Shown here piece by piece: positions 49,540-63,664 of a stretch of 64,000 bases of DNA (the first letter of the stretch is position 1; every line of letters starts with the position of its first letter). The position numbers and the translations under genes are program-made. The stretch comes from Selaginella moellendorffii (lineage: Eukaryota; Plantae; Lycopodiophyta): NCBI RefSeq assembly GCF_000143415.4, contig NW_003314335.1:650113-714112 (forward strand), given 5' to 3'. The notes below the pieces were generated by a model. It saw only the letters and a program-made list of their open reading frames with translations, was not told the DNA's origin and searched no databases.

Positions 49540-50270
49540 AGCATGACACTTCACCAAGAGCTAGATCTTCCTTCAAGCTATTACCAGATATGATGGTGCA
49601 CGAAGATTCTTTCAAGATGGTTTTTGCACACACCAAGGACTTTACCAATTTAAAGTAATGTTGTTTGGACTAATAAATGCCTTAGATACTCATAAACAAG
49701 ATTTTCAGACCATATTTTTCCATTTCATTCTTGTCTTCTTCAAGGACATTCTGATGTACAGTTAGGCAGAGGAACACTTGGAGCACTTGGACAGAGCATT
49801 ATTGTCTACATTCTTGCTAGAGGTCAAATTGGTGAAATGCTTCTTTGGGTTGGCAGAGGTAGAGTATGTTGGATTTCGACTTTATCCATGCAAATCCTAA
49901 GAAATTGGCAGCCATTGTTAATTGGCCCCATCCATAAATGATGAAGCAGTTGCAGTCCATTCTAGAGCTTTACAACTATCTTAGGAAATTCATTGAGCAT
50001 TATGCCTCAATCACAGCCCTGCTCATGGACATCCTATGCTCACCTACATTCTACTGGGACAACAAAGTGGTTGATTCTTTCTAAGAGTTGAAGGCAGACA
50101 TCAAATCAACACCAATTTTGAAGCTCCTAGGCTTTTTGAGGCCATTTGTGGTCGAAATAAACACTTCAAATCCAAGAGTAAGGGCCAAAAGCTGAAGCCA
50201 CTGACTTGTGTATGAATAGAAAATGCTTGGCATCATGCATGCTATAAGGAAATGGAGGCACTACTTGAAA
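49540..50270 (+). mobile_element. Ty3/Gypsy reverse transcriptase-RNase H remnant
   Basis: Degenerate LDLPSSYYQI, GLYQFKVMLFGLINA, VFFKDILMYS, EEHLEHL, NYLRKFIEHYA, RPFVVEINTS, IRKWRHYL with stops. Confidence 0.85.
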
Positions 50271-51638
50271 CTAGCTTTGGTAGGTGGTTGTCCTATGGCC
50301 AATGGCCCCAGAGAAGAGGGAGTTGCACCAAGCACTATAAGCCTAGTGGAACCCTAAATAAATGAATATAAAAGTTTTTAGGAGTGTTTCTATTTAAAAA
50401 TATTTTATAATTATGCTAATAAAGGGTTAAATAATAATATTTAAAATTACTTATACACTAAAACGAAATATATTTATAAACAATATATTGTGATATTACA
50501 TATATTTTACATATATATTTTACATTATGATATTACATATATATTTTTACAGAAATTTTCTTCTTAGATATTTTCTCAAAGTTTTAGAAAAATGCAGAGG
50601 CAATTTATAAATTATTATAATTGCCATTGCCTTACCAAATAGCATTGCAAAATACTTATTTGATGCTTGTGTTCTATGTATGAACTCATGAACATGAAAA
50701 TCAAGAATACAACTGAAGAATAACAATAGAACAAGTTCTTTTGACTCTAGATTTAATAATTCTTTAGAATAAAATTCAATAATAGCATGGATTAAACCAT
50801 GATCCATTGAAAATCACTTAGAAGAGTGAAATAGTGTTATTCTTATTTATTAATTCAATTGATCAAATGAAAGTTTATAGTTATAAATATGTCTCTAATT
50901 TATAAACACAAGATTAATATTATTGCATATCACCCATTAGAATAAGTTAGAATGAACTATAAAATTTTAGAAAATTTTATAAATTATAAATATATTTATG
51001 AATTATATATAAAATATTAATCTAAATTAATAGATAGCTAAAATATCTAAGTATATTCTAAATATATTCACTACTATCTAAATAAACGTCTAATTCGTAT
51101 AATGACAAATAATTGAGCCCCTTACCTTAGAGCTAACTTTAAAAATCTTTGCCTTTGTGCAGAAGGAATTGATTTCAGTTACTTGATGACTCTTGCTATT
51201 GGCTGTTTCCAGCTAATACTATAACAGAAGAACATGGTCATCAAAAAGAATGCACTTTGTTGTTTGTTGAAGTAGTGGGAGTATTTAGTACTATAGACTT
51301 GGTGGCTACATTAAGTTCATTTTACACTTGTGAAAACAAGCCTAATGTGGTAGAAGTACATGTGAACTTCATGTCCACTTTCTTTTGTATTTGTAACAAG
51401 GCAAGTCTTTTCATTTTTTTGTGGTAAATCATTTAATGCTGATCCAATTTCTAGATAGAGTGTTCTAACAACTGCAAAATTGCACATAAAAGCACCTGTA
51501 AATAGGGTAACTATTTGCAACATTATGGATATGCATTGATAGTTGCACTTGTAGTTATGTCTTACATCTTATGTATATCGTGCTCCTTTATTGTACTTGC
51601 TTAAAACGATTTCTTACTCATATGTTTATAAAGATAGC

Positions 51639-51828
51639 TGTAAGTAACCAAAGAGAACAACTTAAGAAATGATCTATGGGGTTCAAATATAAAAAGAAAG
51701 AGCCCATAAGTAAAAGTGCACCCTTTTTTTCAGTTAAAGGTTTTGGAATATTTAGGATTAAGTGTTTTTAAGTTTGAATAACACTAAGCTAGGTAACTTC
51801 CCAGGAAGTCCAAATTTAAGAGCTTACA
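51639..51828 (+). mobile_element. Solo LTR carrying a degenerate 5S rRNA internal promoter region (Cassandra-like)
   Basis: Termini TGTAAG...CTTACA; 5-bp TSD atagc/atggc (single atggc in the source gene); 51758-51811 aligns without gaps to the plant 5S A-box to C-box segment. Confidence 0.7.
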
Positions 51829-51864
51829 ATGGCATTGTTATCATTCTAGAGGAGCATAAATTGT

Positions 51865-52363
51865 TGTAGCGCATGTGATTATGGGATGAGATTTGGATAT
51901 ACTATCACTGTGAATCCTTGGAACCTTGGGGGATAAATGGGGATAAAATAGCCACTAAGGGCTCTCTCATCAAGCAATTGCCCCTTTTCCAATTGGCTTA
52001 AGGGGAAAGAAATAGGGTGTACAATATTTGGTATCAGGCACGGTTCGATTCCCATTGATTAGTGGTTACTTAAAAAATATAATATACCCTTGAGCAAAGT
52101 ATATTCCTATCCCTAAATTTGAAATCGTATGTATTAGGTATCATTGTGATCATGGGATGAGATTTGGATATACTGTCACCGTGGATCCTTAAAACCATGG
52201 GGAATAAATAAAGTTCTCTCTCATTAAGCAATTGCCTTTTTCTCATTTGGATATACTGTCACCGTGGATCCTTAAAACCATGGGGAATAAATAAAGTTCT
52301 CTCTCATTAAGCAATTGCCCTTTTCTCAGTTGGTTTAAGGGGAGAGAGATAGGGTACATTACA
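51865..52363 (+). mobile_element. TRIM-like miniature LTR retrotransposon
   Basis: tgta...taca termini, TSD attgt/attgc, LTRs at about 51865-52026 and 52136-52363, PBS tggtatcag at 52029, 83-bp tandem duplication in the second LTR. Confidence 0.75.
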
Positions 52364-54027
52364 ATTGCCCATTAATAGCTATGGTTTTGAAAATATACAT
52401 ATAATGTGGAAAAACATGTTATATGCATTATTTGGACCCTCTACTATGTCACATGTAAATTTACCTTCTCCTTTTTGTACAAAAACTCCAAATGTTTTTG
52501 GTGTTTTAATGCACTAGATTAAACTTGCCATTGTACCCTAACACTAATCCTTGTACCAAAGTTAAAGCAAACTATGATATTCTAATCACTTTAGTTATAG
52601 TTTTTCATTCTATTCTCCATATCCCCCACTTTAACTTTGGAGTCACTAGATACACAATGCACTAGCTATATTCTAGTTCACAGCTCCTTCATCTACCCCT
52701 CAATGCAAAGTCTATTAACTCTAGGACTTATGACTTTACAATGCTAGAATGGAGTATAATGGTATGGACATTCATTTATGTACTTTCTTGCACAAAAAAC
52801 TTAATATATCTATCATTTATTGTTCCTTAAATTTCAATGTAATAAAATCATAATTACCAAGTGAGTAGTTTCTCTATGGTTATCTTATGGTGGGTAAAGG
52901 GTGAAAACCATATGTGTTACATTATTGCTTTAGATATAGAACAAATGGATCTGGATATAGAATAAATATAGTACCAATTAGCATAAGTGTAATTTATATA
53001 TGATCTCAATTAACAATACTCTTCAAAATAATGCTTCCAATTTCTTTTTAGTTTTGGATTTTATAAGTGCCTAAACTGATTGAAACACCTATATCTACTC
53101 AGAACCAAACCCTTGGAAACATATGCCAAAAATAACAGAGTAAAACTCAAATTTCAAAGCATTAAACCACTCAATGAAGGAATGAAACCACAAAACTCCT
53201 AAACAAACTAAAAGGTGGCTCTGTTTTATATGTTAGTTCTAACATTGGGATGTTAATATTCTAGGATTGTTCTAATGTTGCTCCATGCTCTTGCTTTTTT
53301 AAACATAATGTACACAAGACTAACAAACTCTCCAAACTCAAGATAGCATACTCTGGTTCCACACTTGAAACTCTATTGGAAGAAATCCAAACTTCCATTA
53401 TTTTATTGGTAAGCTTGGTCTTCTTTCATACTTCACTTCCATATGTCAATACAATGACAGCTTCACTGTGATAATATTGTCATTCCAGTTAAATGTAGAT
53501 CACTATACAAAGCATAGTAAGTATTTGTTGCTATCAAAACATATTTTTGGATCACTTTGCAGAACAAAGTATTTGTTGAGATTACTTTGTGTTACAACTT
53601 CTTTCATATGAAAATTACATGACTTTATTTAACTGATCTTCATGTCTGATTCTCGATTAACAAGTAATTGAAAACTACTTCTAGTGTATTTCTCCTCATC
53701 TTTATATTCGAGTTTGAGAAATAAAGGAAAAAAGTAAACCAAGTCATTTTGGGTTTAAATGTATATCTATATCGATGAAAAATATTTCCCATCCAGAAAA
53801 CAAACCCAGGTGTTTAAACAACGGGAGTGTGGAAGGCCAATAGCGCGTGGCTATTGGCATTTCGTATTCTTCCCTCCATCGTTAAACCTGGGTTTTAGGG
53901 ATTGTGATCCTCTTTCCCTTGCTATTTGGGAGCGATAGCTTTGCTTGCGATCGGTGTTGACGCCCGACGAAATCTCGCTGCCGTGGGCCTCCAGCATCCG
54001 GTTTTCCAGCTCGCAGCAGCGCCAAAG

Positions 54028-56387
<2,360 letters not shown>

Positions 56388-56599
56388 ACTAAATCCAAAA
56401 AATGTTACAGAGAATTAATTGAGCGTGGCTGTGTGTCAAGGGAAATCAAATCCAGTACCAAAATCCAGTGAAGGTGTGCGTGTGTGTGTGTTGTTGTTGC
56501 GCAACTGCCTGCTTGAAAGTGAGTTTTGTCAACATGTACAAAAAAGAAACCTCTTCCTTTTTCTCCATTCCCTCGGTCGCGGTTCCCAGCCCTCCGCTT

Positions 56600-57250
56600 C
56601 TATGGCCTTAGTATGTACTTGTGGTCTATGCTTTCGAAGTCAAAAGGATCGTCCAGGGCCAGGGACGAAGCACCGCTACTCCTGCTGTAAGCAGCCACCG
56701 TGCTCGAGAGCGGCAATGCCAGGGGGTGAGTGTTGTTGCAGCTTGATGACACTGACGAGAGCAGTGGCTGTGCGAATTCAGGTTGGAGAAGCGAAGCCGA
56801 CGGCTGCTGCTGGTGGTGGTGATGGTTCAGGTGGTGGTGCTGGTGAACCAAGCTCCGGGTGAGCTCCAGCTCCCGCTGCAGCCCCCTGACCCGCTCCGTC
56901 AGCTGCGAGATGATCCCGTAGCAGCCGTGAACCGGGTCCTTGTCCCGCACCTCCGCCTCGTAGATAAGTGACTTCATCGTCTCCTCCTTGTCCGCCGGGT
57001 CCGCGTCCCGCAGGAAGCGCAGCATGTTGCTCACGCCGAACAGTCTCTTGCAGCTCAGGAATCTCTGGTTGGCCTCGGCGGGGAAGTACGGCGCGAGCGG
57101 GCAGTCCACCGGGCACTTTCGCCGCTGGAACTTGCAAGCGGCGCACGCCTGGCTCGTTGTCATGCTCCCGTTGCTGCCGTTGCTCGAGGTCACGTTCATA
57201 CTCTCGCTTTGCTGCTGCTGCTGCTGCTGTTGCTGTTGCTGCATCATCAT
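56600..57250 (-). CDS. LBD: LOB-domain (LBD/ASL class I) transcription factor with poly-Gln N-terminus
   Basis: ACAACKFQRRKCPVDCPLAPYFP (CX2CX6CX3C), LFGVSN, EAEVRDKDPVHGCYG, leucine zipper. Confidence 0.93.
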   Translation of the reverse strand: MMMQQQQQQQQQQQSESMNVTSSNGSNGSMTTSQACAACKFQRRKCPVDCPLAPYFPAEANQRFLSCKRLFGVSNMLRFLRDADPADKEETMKSLIYEAEVRDKDPVHGCYGIISQLTERVRGLQRELELTRSLVHQHHHLNHHHHQQQPSASLLQPEFAQPLLSSVSSSCNNTHPLALPLSSTVAAYSRSSGASSLALDDPFDFESIDHKYILRP

Positions 57251-57676
57251 CCAGCTCTCTCTCTCTCTCTCTCGCTCTCTCACTTCACTGTGCCTGCTTG
57301 ATCTTCTGTTTCTTCACAGACGCTACGAATTCCCCGGCGGAGGCGAAGTGACCACCGAGAAATGCCGAAGATCCGCCGAAAAAATCCACCGCTGGAAGAA
57401 AGAAAAAAGAAAGGAACACACGCCAAAGGTCAGCTAAATGAGGTCACTATGACCCGCACGTAAATATAGCAAATAGCACATTGGCTTACTTTTATTAACC
57501 AGCGCCACGCAACGCCCATCTCTCCCGGCCGTGGGCAAGACTTAATTTACGTGTGGCCTGGATGCTGTCTCATATTTTTCGCCCTTCCACCTTTTCACTC
57601 TTCTTTTTTTACCAGGTCAGCTCTGCGAGATTATCCCGGAGCCGATTAGCCTTCGCGTATAAATAGCCCGCAAGCT

Positions 57677-59487
57677 TTAAAGTACGCTTAGCGAAGGTAC
57701 GGTGTCCATCTTTTCTCGAGGCTGCGAGAAAAAAAGAGAAAAAGCTTAGCTTTGTGTGGACTGGAAGATCATAAAGTTTTGCTTTTGCTTCTACAGACCT
57801 GACACCACTCGAGAAAAAGCAGCACGATGTAGTCCAGGATCACGACGAGGCAAAAGAGCTTCCCCGCCCAAGGTCCGCAGCTAAAGTACCTGTGGAATCA
57901 AGGAGAGCGAAGAACTTCAAACGAGCACCGCAATGGAGTCTAGACTAACCGTGCAAGTCGGTCCCGCAAGTTGCTGCGAGGAGTGGCGGCGGCGTGGTTG
58001 TACACGACTTCGGTTCGCTTGGCTACGTCCATCCAGCTATACATTCTCGTCATCTACAGCACAAAGAGGTAAGTTTCTCCAGTTTTTATCTTCCTCTCTT
58101 GTCCTGTCCAAAATGGAAAGAGAGACTCACGTACGCGGTTGTGCATTTCCTGCGGGTCGATTCTGGGAAGAAGCTCGATCGCTTGACCGATGGCTTTTAC
58201 CATCTCGCCCGGAACAGGTGTCGCGAGAACGATCATGTCCGGTGGAAGAACCTGGAGCAAAACAATGTGTTAGTCACGAAAGGTTTCGGAGAGACAAGAT
58301 CACGACAAGGATTCACACAACATACATGCCTCTGGGACTCCACCGACGCGGGTGCTAACAGTGAGCAAGCCGCAACTAGCCGCCTCGAGGATTGCGATAC
58401 AAAAAGCCTCGGTGAGGGAGCTGGAACGAGAGAGAAAGATCGAAACTTAAGCCATCGAAAGAGAACGAGGACTACTTCACCTGTTGAGAAAGATATGGCC
58501 GCGAACAAGCACGGAGCTCACCATGGCGTGAGGAACCGAGCCCAGCATCTCGACGCGCTCCTGAAGCGAGTGCTTCTCACGCATCTCCTCCAGACGAACT
58601 CTCTTGGGACCATCTCCACCGATTATAAAATCCACCTGCGAGGGAGCACGAGAGCTTGTTCCAACCGTGAACGAAAAAAAAAAAACTTGCAAGAGCTTAC
58701 GTTTGGAAAGAGCTTGCAAACCTCCGGTATGACTTCCACCAGCAAATCTGCGCCTTTGCGATACACCAGCCTGCTCACCACCACCACAACGATGCGCTCG
58801 ATCGATCCAGCGCGAGGCCGGGGCTGGAACATCGCAGTGTCCACGGCATTCGGGATCACAAACACCTTCTCTGGAGCGATCCCTGAGCGAAGCACCGTGT
58901 TCTCCTTGCTGGTGTGAGAGACGCAAATGGCGTGGCGGACGTCGGCGAGCGAGAACTGGAGCGCCTTGTTCATGTGGATGCTGCCCAGGTCCGCGAATCC
59001 ATAGAGGGAGTGATCCGTGAACACCACCTCGAGGCCCATGGTCCTGGCGTGGAGGATCGCCTCGTGACACAGCGTGGAGAATGCCTGGTGGCCGTGGACG
59101 ATGGTAATGGCCTCGCGGACGATGATCGAGCGCAGCACCGGGAGCGTGAGGAAGAATGTGGGGAGAGTGTTTTGCATCAGGAATGGCAGCCATGGAATGT
59201 AGTAGATCTTGAGGCCCCCGGTGAGGTAGCGCACGCCGGAGCGCTTGCCGTAGCAATGCGTGGCCACCACGACCTGGAAAGAGGAGATTATTACCCTACA
59301 AATCGCTCCGCGAAATGCCGATCGATCGATCCGGCGATGGAGGGATCCATGAATCGATTACCTTGTGACCGCGCTGCAAGAGGCACTGCGAGAGCGAGTA
59401 GATGTGGCTCTCCACACCGCCGAAATTGGGGTAGAAGAAATCCGAGACCATGAGCACATTGTGGCGCCTCCCATGCTCGTCGCCCAT
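57677..59487 (-). CDS. PIGA: GPI-GlcNAc transferase catalytic subunit PIG-A (SETH2)
   Basis: [85 protein letters not shown]. Confidence 0.95.
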
Positions 59488-59714
59488 AGAACCCTAAATC
59501 TCCGGCATATTCCAGGCCAGATGGGATTCGAAAGATATTCTTTTATTCCTGGAAGGGAGTGAATATTCGGCTCCCGCCGGATTTAGTAAGCCCTAAAAGG
59601 ACGGTTCCTTTTCAAGATATTTTGGGCATGGCGATCTTATTCGCGTCGGGCCAATGAGGAGCTGCCTCAGGGTGTCCCTTTCTAAGCCACAGCCACCTGT
59701 GCCGGCCAATGGGA

Positions 59715-59830
59715 AGTACGCCACGCGTCGTGCAACTAGCGCGGACGTGTTCCCTTCTCCTGGAGCCAAGGCATCGCCCCCAGTGGCCCCCATACCATGG
59801 CCGCCCAATCACGGCGATGACACGTTGCGT
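59715..59830. promoter_or_regulatory. ABRE/CE3-like cluster upstream of the AITR-like gene
   Basis: gccacgcgt (reverse ACGCGTGGC, CE3-like) near 59720, gacgtgt near 59744, gacacgt (reverse ACGTGTC, ABRE) at 59819; CCAAT boxes nearby. Confidence 0.45.
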
Positions 59831-60046
59831 GTTGTCAGTGGCTGCCGCTGACGCGCGTATGATACTTTACTCTCACCTTCCCCACATATATCCTCCCTCG
59901 CTGTTAATCCCATGTTTTTTTCTTTCTCCTTCGTGGTGGAATGCACGCTCGCTCTATACTATTTTTTCTTGGTCTGTTCTAGAGAACGCTAGGTTTCTCT
60001 CCTCTCGTCTTCTTTCCTCTCGATCCATCCATCCATCCATCCAGCG

Positions 60047-60904
60047 ATGATCAGCCGGCGATCGCGAAATCCCCGCGCGGAGGGCGAGATCCTTGCTCGC
60101 TTCCGCCCGATCGCGCCAAGGCCAGCGAATGTTTCTTCCTCTTCTACGCCTCCCATCAAGCCAAACGTTCCAGCAGCTCCTCCTTTTCCAGATTCCAGGC
60201 TCTCCTCCGCCAAGCGGTCCAGATCCTCGCCTTGCTGCTCCTCCGCTGCGCCAGCGCCGCTCAAGAAGCTCAAATCTTTGCCAGGGGCCTCTTCTTGTTC
60301 TTCCTTGCGGCCTTTGATTCCAGTCACCAAACCCTCCACCGCATCCTCGCGCCTCACGCAAGATCACGGCAGCAGCGATCTCCTCTCCAGCGCGCGATGT
60401 GAGCTCAAGACGCTGGCACTCCTCCCGGACGGATCATCCGCTACTGCAGCTCCACAGTCCCCCGGCAGCGATTCATCGCTCACCAGCCCCCAGCGTATCA
60501 TCGATCCAGACGCGCGCCTCACGGAGCTCTCGCTGGGATCCACGTTGCGATCGTTGGAGGTGGATTCCTCCCGCGAGAAACTGGAGCTGGGGATTCCATC
60601 GTGGCGGCATTTCGACAATCTCCTCTTCGAGCGCAGTGCTCTGCCCATGGCTGTGACCGATGCTCAATCTGGCGGGATCCTGTGGAGCAATCCAGCCTTC
60701 TCAGCGGCGCGCGATGGAGATCTCCGGCATCCAGTGCCGCTGATCAGCTTCACGCTCACTGAGAAGTCTCAAGGTGTGATGTGGATCTTCGGGCCCAGCA
60801 ACGCTAGCTCTGGCGTGGATTTCTTCCCAATGAAGCCACAAGCCGTGCGCGCCTCCATCGCCAGCGGCGTGCTGGAATCTCTAGCGGCCGCGAATCGATT
60901 GTAG
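60047..60904 (+). CDS. AITR/DIG-like (ABA-induced transcription regulator family-like) intronless protein
   Basis: N-terminal EILARFRPIAPRP and later ERSALPMAVTD...LWSNPAF resemble the two conserved blocks of the AITR/DIG family. Confidence 0.55.
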   Translation: MISRRSRNPRAEGEILARFRPIAPRPANVSSSSTPPIKPNVPAAPPFPDSRLSSAKRSRSSPCCSSAAPAPLKKLKSLPGASSCSSLRPLIPVTKPSTASSRLTQDHGSSDLLSSARCELKTLALLPDGSSATAAPQSPGSDSSLTSPQRIIDPDARLTELSLGSTLRSLEVDSSREKLELGIPSWRHFDNLLFERSALPMAVTDAQSGGILWSNPAFSAARDGDLRHPVPLISFTLTEKSQGVMWIFGPSNASSGVDFFPMKPQAVRASIASGVLESLAAANRL

Positions 60905-60972
60905 GTAGCGAACTTATGAAATAGAAAGAAATTCTCGTAAGAACCCTAATCTAGGAGCCCTAGATTTCGAGA

Positions 60973-63452
60973 ATGGCGGGGAGCACGCGCCTGGCGATCG
61001 CGCTCTCGGCGCTGGCGTACATTCTCGCAGGTAAGAATCGAGCGAGCGAGCGCGCGAGCAGCGACTTCGCGATTCATTCCCTTCTATCCTGGCGTAGAGA
61101 TACGATCGCTTTGTGTCTTCTTGCGAGTTATTTCTTGGTGATTTACCCCTCTCTGGCCACTGGCATCCTGCTGATTTCCTCTCTGGGCACTTTTGGATCC
61201 TCCAGGGCTCCCATTTTGGTGGAAGCTGACGGAAGTGTACCGTGTGCCACTGCCATATCGCGAGGTTGAGGGATTCGTAACAAAGCAATCGTCGTCGTCG
61301 GCCGCGAGAGTACACTGCCAGCTCCAGATCGTCTTCTTCTCCAAAGAAGAAACTCCAGACCGGGATGCGAAGTGGAGTGATCGACTGGAAGTGGTGTTGA
61401 GGGCCACTCGCGAGTGGTCTAACACTGGATCTTGTGAGATCGAAGTGGCCGTGACGCTAGATGCCAAGGGACTGTGTCTCCACAAGCGTGGGGGAGATAG
61501 AGCGAAGCCGCTCTGGGAATGCGGCCGTGTTCCTGACAGCCTCCATAGCCAAGACTCCACCTCGATCGACGAGAGCTTGAAGGACTATATCGGTGAAGAT
61601 CGAGCAGGAAAATACACCATTCTAGTTCTCCTCGATGGAGAGCTTTCGCAAGGTGGTGGTGCCGAGGCCGTGGTGGGAAAGTATCGTCATGCATGGGTGG
61701 TTTTTCCACCGAGTTTACTGGGGAATGACGAGCAGCTCACTCGGATTATTTCCGAGACAGCGGGTGTTCTTCTGGCGGGTGGAAAGTCCGCGACTGCAGT
61801 GGCAAAGACGATGCCTTTAGCCGCGGATGGATCGGCGATCCTGTCCTTCAGCTTGCTCAACGCGGATCCAGAAAACTGGATTTTCAACTGGTACTCTGAA
61901 CTTTTTTTTTTTTCCTTCTCGAGAAAAAATCTGATCTTCTGAATCCATTTGCAGGGACTTTGACAGTGTGGAATCGCAGTATCTATCTCCTGTCGTCGAC
62001 GCACTGGCTCCCGTGGCGCGTTTAAGCGTTGAAAGCCAGGTAACTCGAGCTCGCGCTTCCATGAAGCTTCTTTTCGAGGTGCTTTGAACGTTTCTTTCCA
62101 ATTTCCTAGGTCCTATACTACACTCCAGCAGCAGCGAGGTCCCAATGGAACGCAGATATCCGGTCGCACGTTATTGAATCAAAGGATCTCTCCTTTTTTG
62201 TAAGCTCTCCGGTCTTTGGTTTTTTCCTAAAGTTGCTGCTCCTACAGGTGAACGCCAACGAATGGCATTTGGATACGTCTGCTGCCGCAGCTGGGCGGTC
62301 GAAAGTTCTCCATTTTGCAATGTACGTGGCCTCGTATTCTCCTTTTGGCTACGGTCCGTTCGCTTTAACATTACAGATATGTGCCTCCCGTCGAGGAATG
62401 CCCGTTGCGCATCAAGCTGTCAAGCGGCCGCATAACCTCCTCGGCCTCCATCGACGGTTTTACCTCTCCAGTCGGTAGTCGCCAACCTTTTTTTTTTTTT
62501 TCTTCTTCCTGTTGCCTTCGCACAATCCAGCTGATGCCTTTAATGCCAGGGGTGGGGAGGTGTGGTCATCTGGAACCCGCCCGGGTGTCTGGTTGCTGAT
62601 AATAGCACCTTGCGGCAGCGACTAAATGTGAACGTGCGCTGCCTGGAGGAATTTGATTATTGGAAAGGCTGATCTATCGCTTTGTTTTTTCTCCCAGGAC
62701 TTGAAGACGACGATGGAGGTGGTTGTCGCTCAGCTCCGGACACTGTTTGGTCTGCCTCCGGTACCACCGCGCAGGAAAGCTCCAAAGCTGTCCATTCTTT
62801 TCAACCAGAGAACAGGATTCGCAGAGTGGTACGGAGCGAGCAGTGTTCTATTTCCAGGAGGTGATGTAATGCTGTATTTGATGCAGGGAGCTGGATCTGC
62901 TGCTGCGCAGGCGCGTCATAGCTGATGTAAACTCCACTGCTTCTACCCTGGCATCACTCCTAAAACTGGTATGATGATCTTCACTTCCTCGGAAGAGAAA
63001 AGCTCTTAATTGGGTTGCTGTACAGGTGGAATCGCTTCCAAAGATGGTTATTCAGCAAGAGATTGGTGTCCAGGTGACAACGTCGCTCGAGGCGGCTGAG
63101 AAAGCCATGGACGCTGGAAACGCTTCCTACGAAGTGATTGGCAGTAAGGCTATCGAAAAGTCTCTTACGTACTCAGCCGCGTCGTGTCTCTCGCAGATTT
63201 CTCGGCAACGGCAAAAGCCCGGGCTGAAGAGGCTTTTTTCCATCCATCGATCATGTCTCTCCTTCACTTCCCAAAGGAGCACCAGTTCGCGATATACACG
63301 GTACCTTCGAGAAAGACAAAAGAAACAATTCACCATAACTGAAAACTCTGCTCGTTCTTGTGCAGCCATTTTTCGTTCCAGTGCTGCTTCACACCGTTAT
63401 CTCCGTTGTCAAGGAGACAATGAGATACGCTCGAAAGTCGTCGAGGAAATAG
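60973..63452 (+). CDS. PIGS: GPI transamidase component PIG-S, multi-exon
   Basis: GLPFWWKLTEVYRVPLP, FSLLNADP..W.F.WDF, VESQVLYY, SPGWGGVVIWNP, AEEAFFHPSIMSLLHFPKEHQFAIYTPFFVP. Confidence 0.92.
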
Positions 63453-63664
63453 GTAAATGCTATATTCTACTTCGTACTCGCTCTTACTCGCGAAAACTCT
63501 CTTGGAATTACTAGGTGGTTTGATCCTACAATTCATGCGAGAACTTCAGCGTCCTTCCCTTGAACGAAACATTGAAACGTAGCTTCTATATTAGAATTAA
63601 CAGTCTCCTTGCGGTTTTCATTTCGCTAGAAAAACTATGGACAAGAAGAGTGATAAAGCTCAAG

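Larger units (their letters stand above)
51163..52475 (+). pseudogene. Decayed genomic duplicate of importin exons and introns (source about 41480-42110), interrupted by two insertions
   Basis: Colinear alignment, e.g. gttgaagtagtgggagtatttagtact vs gttgaagtagcgggagtatttagtact; introns retained; differences mostly C>T and G>A. Confidence 0.9.

Noticed and set aside
51758-51811. Functional 5S rRNA gene
   Set aside because: Only a degenerate internal segment embedded in an LTR; the 5' and 3' parts of 5S are absent
57994-59453. Plus-strand ORFs of 307 and 179 aa
   Set aside because: Antisense to PIG-A exons, with no domain signal
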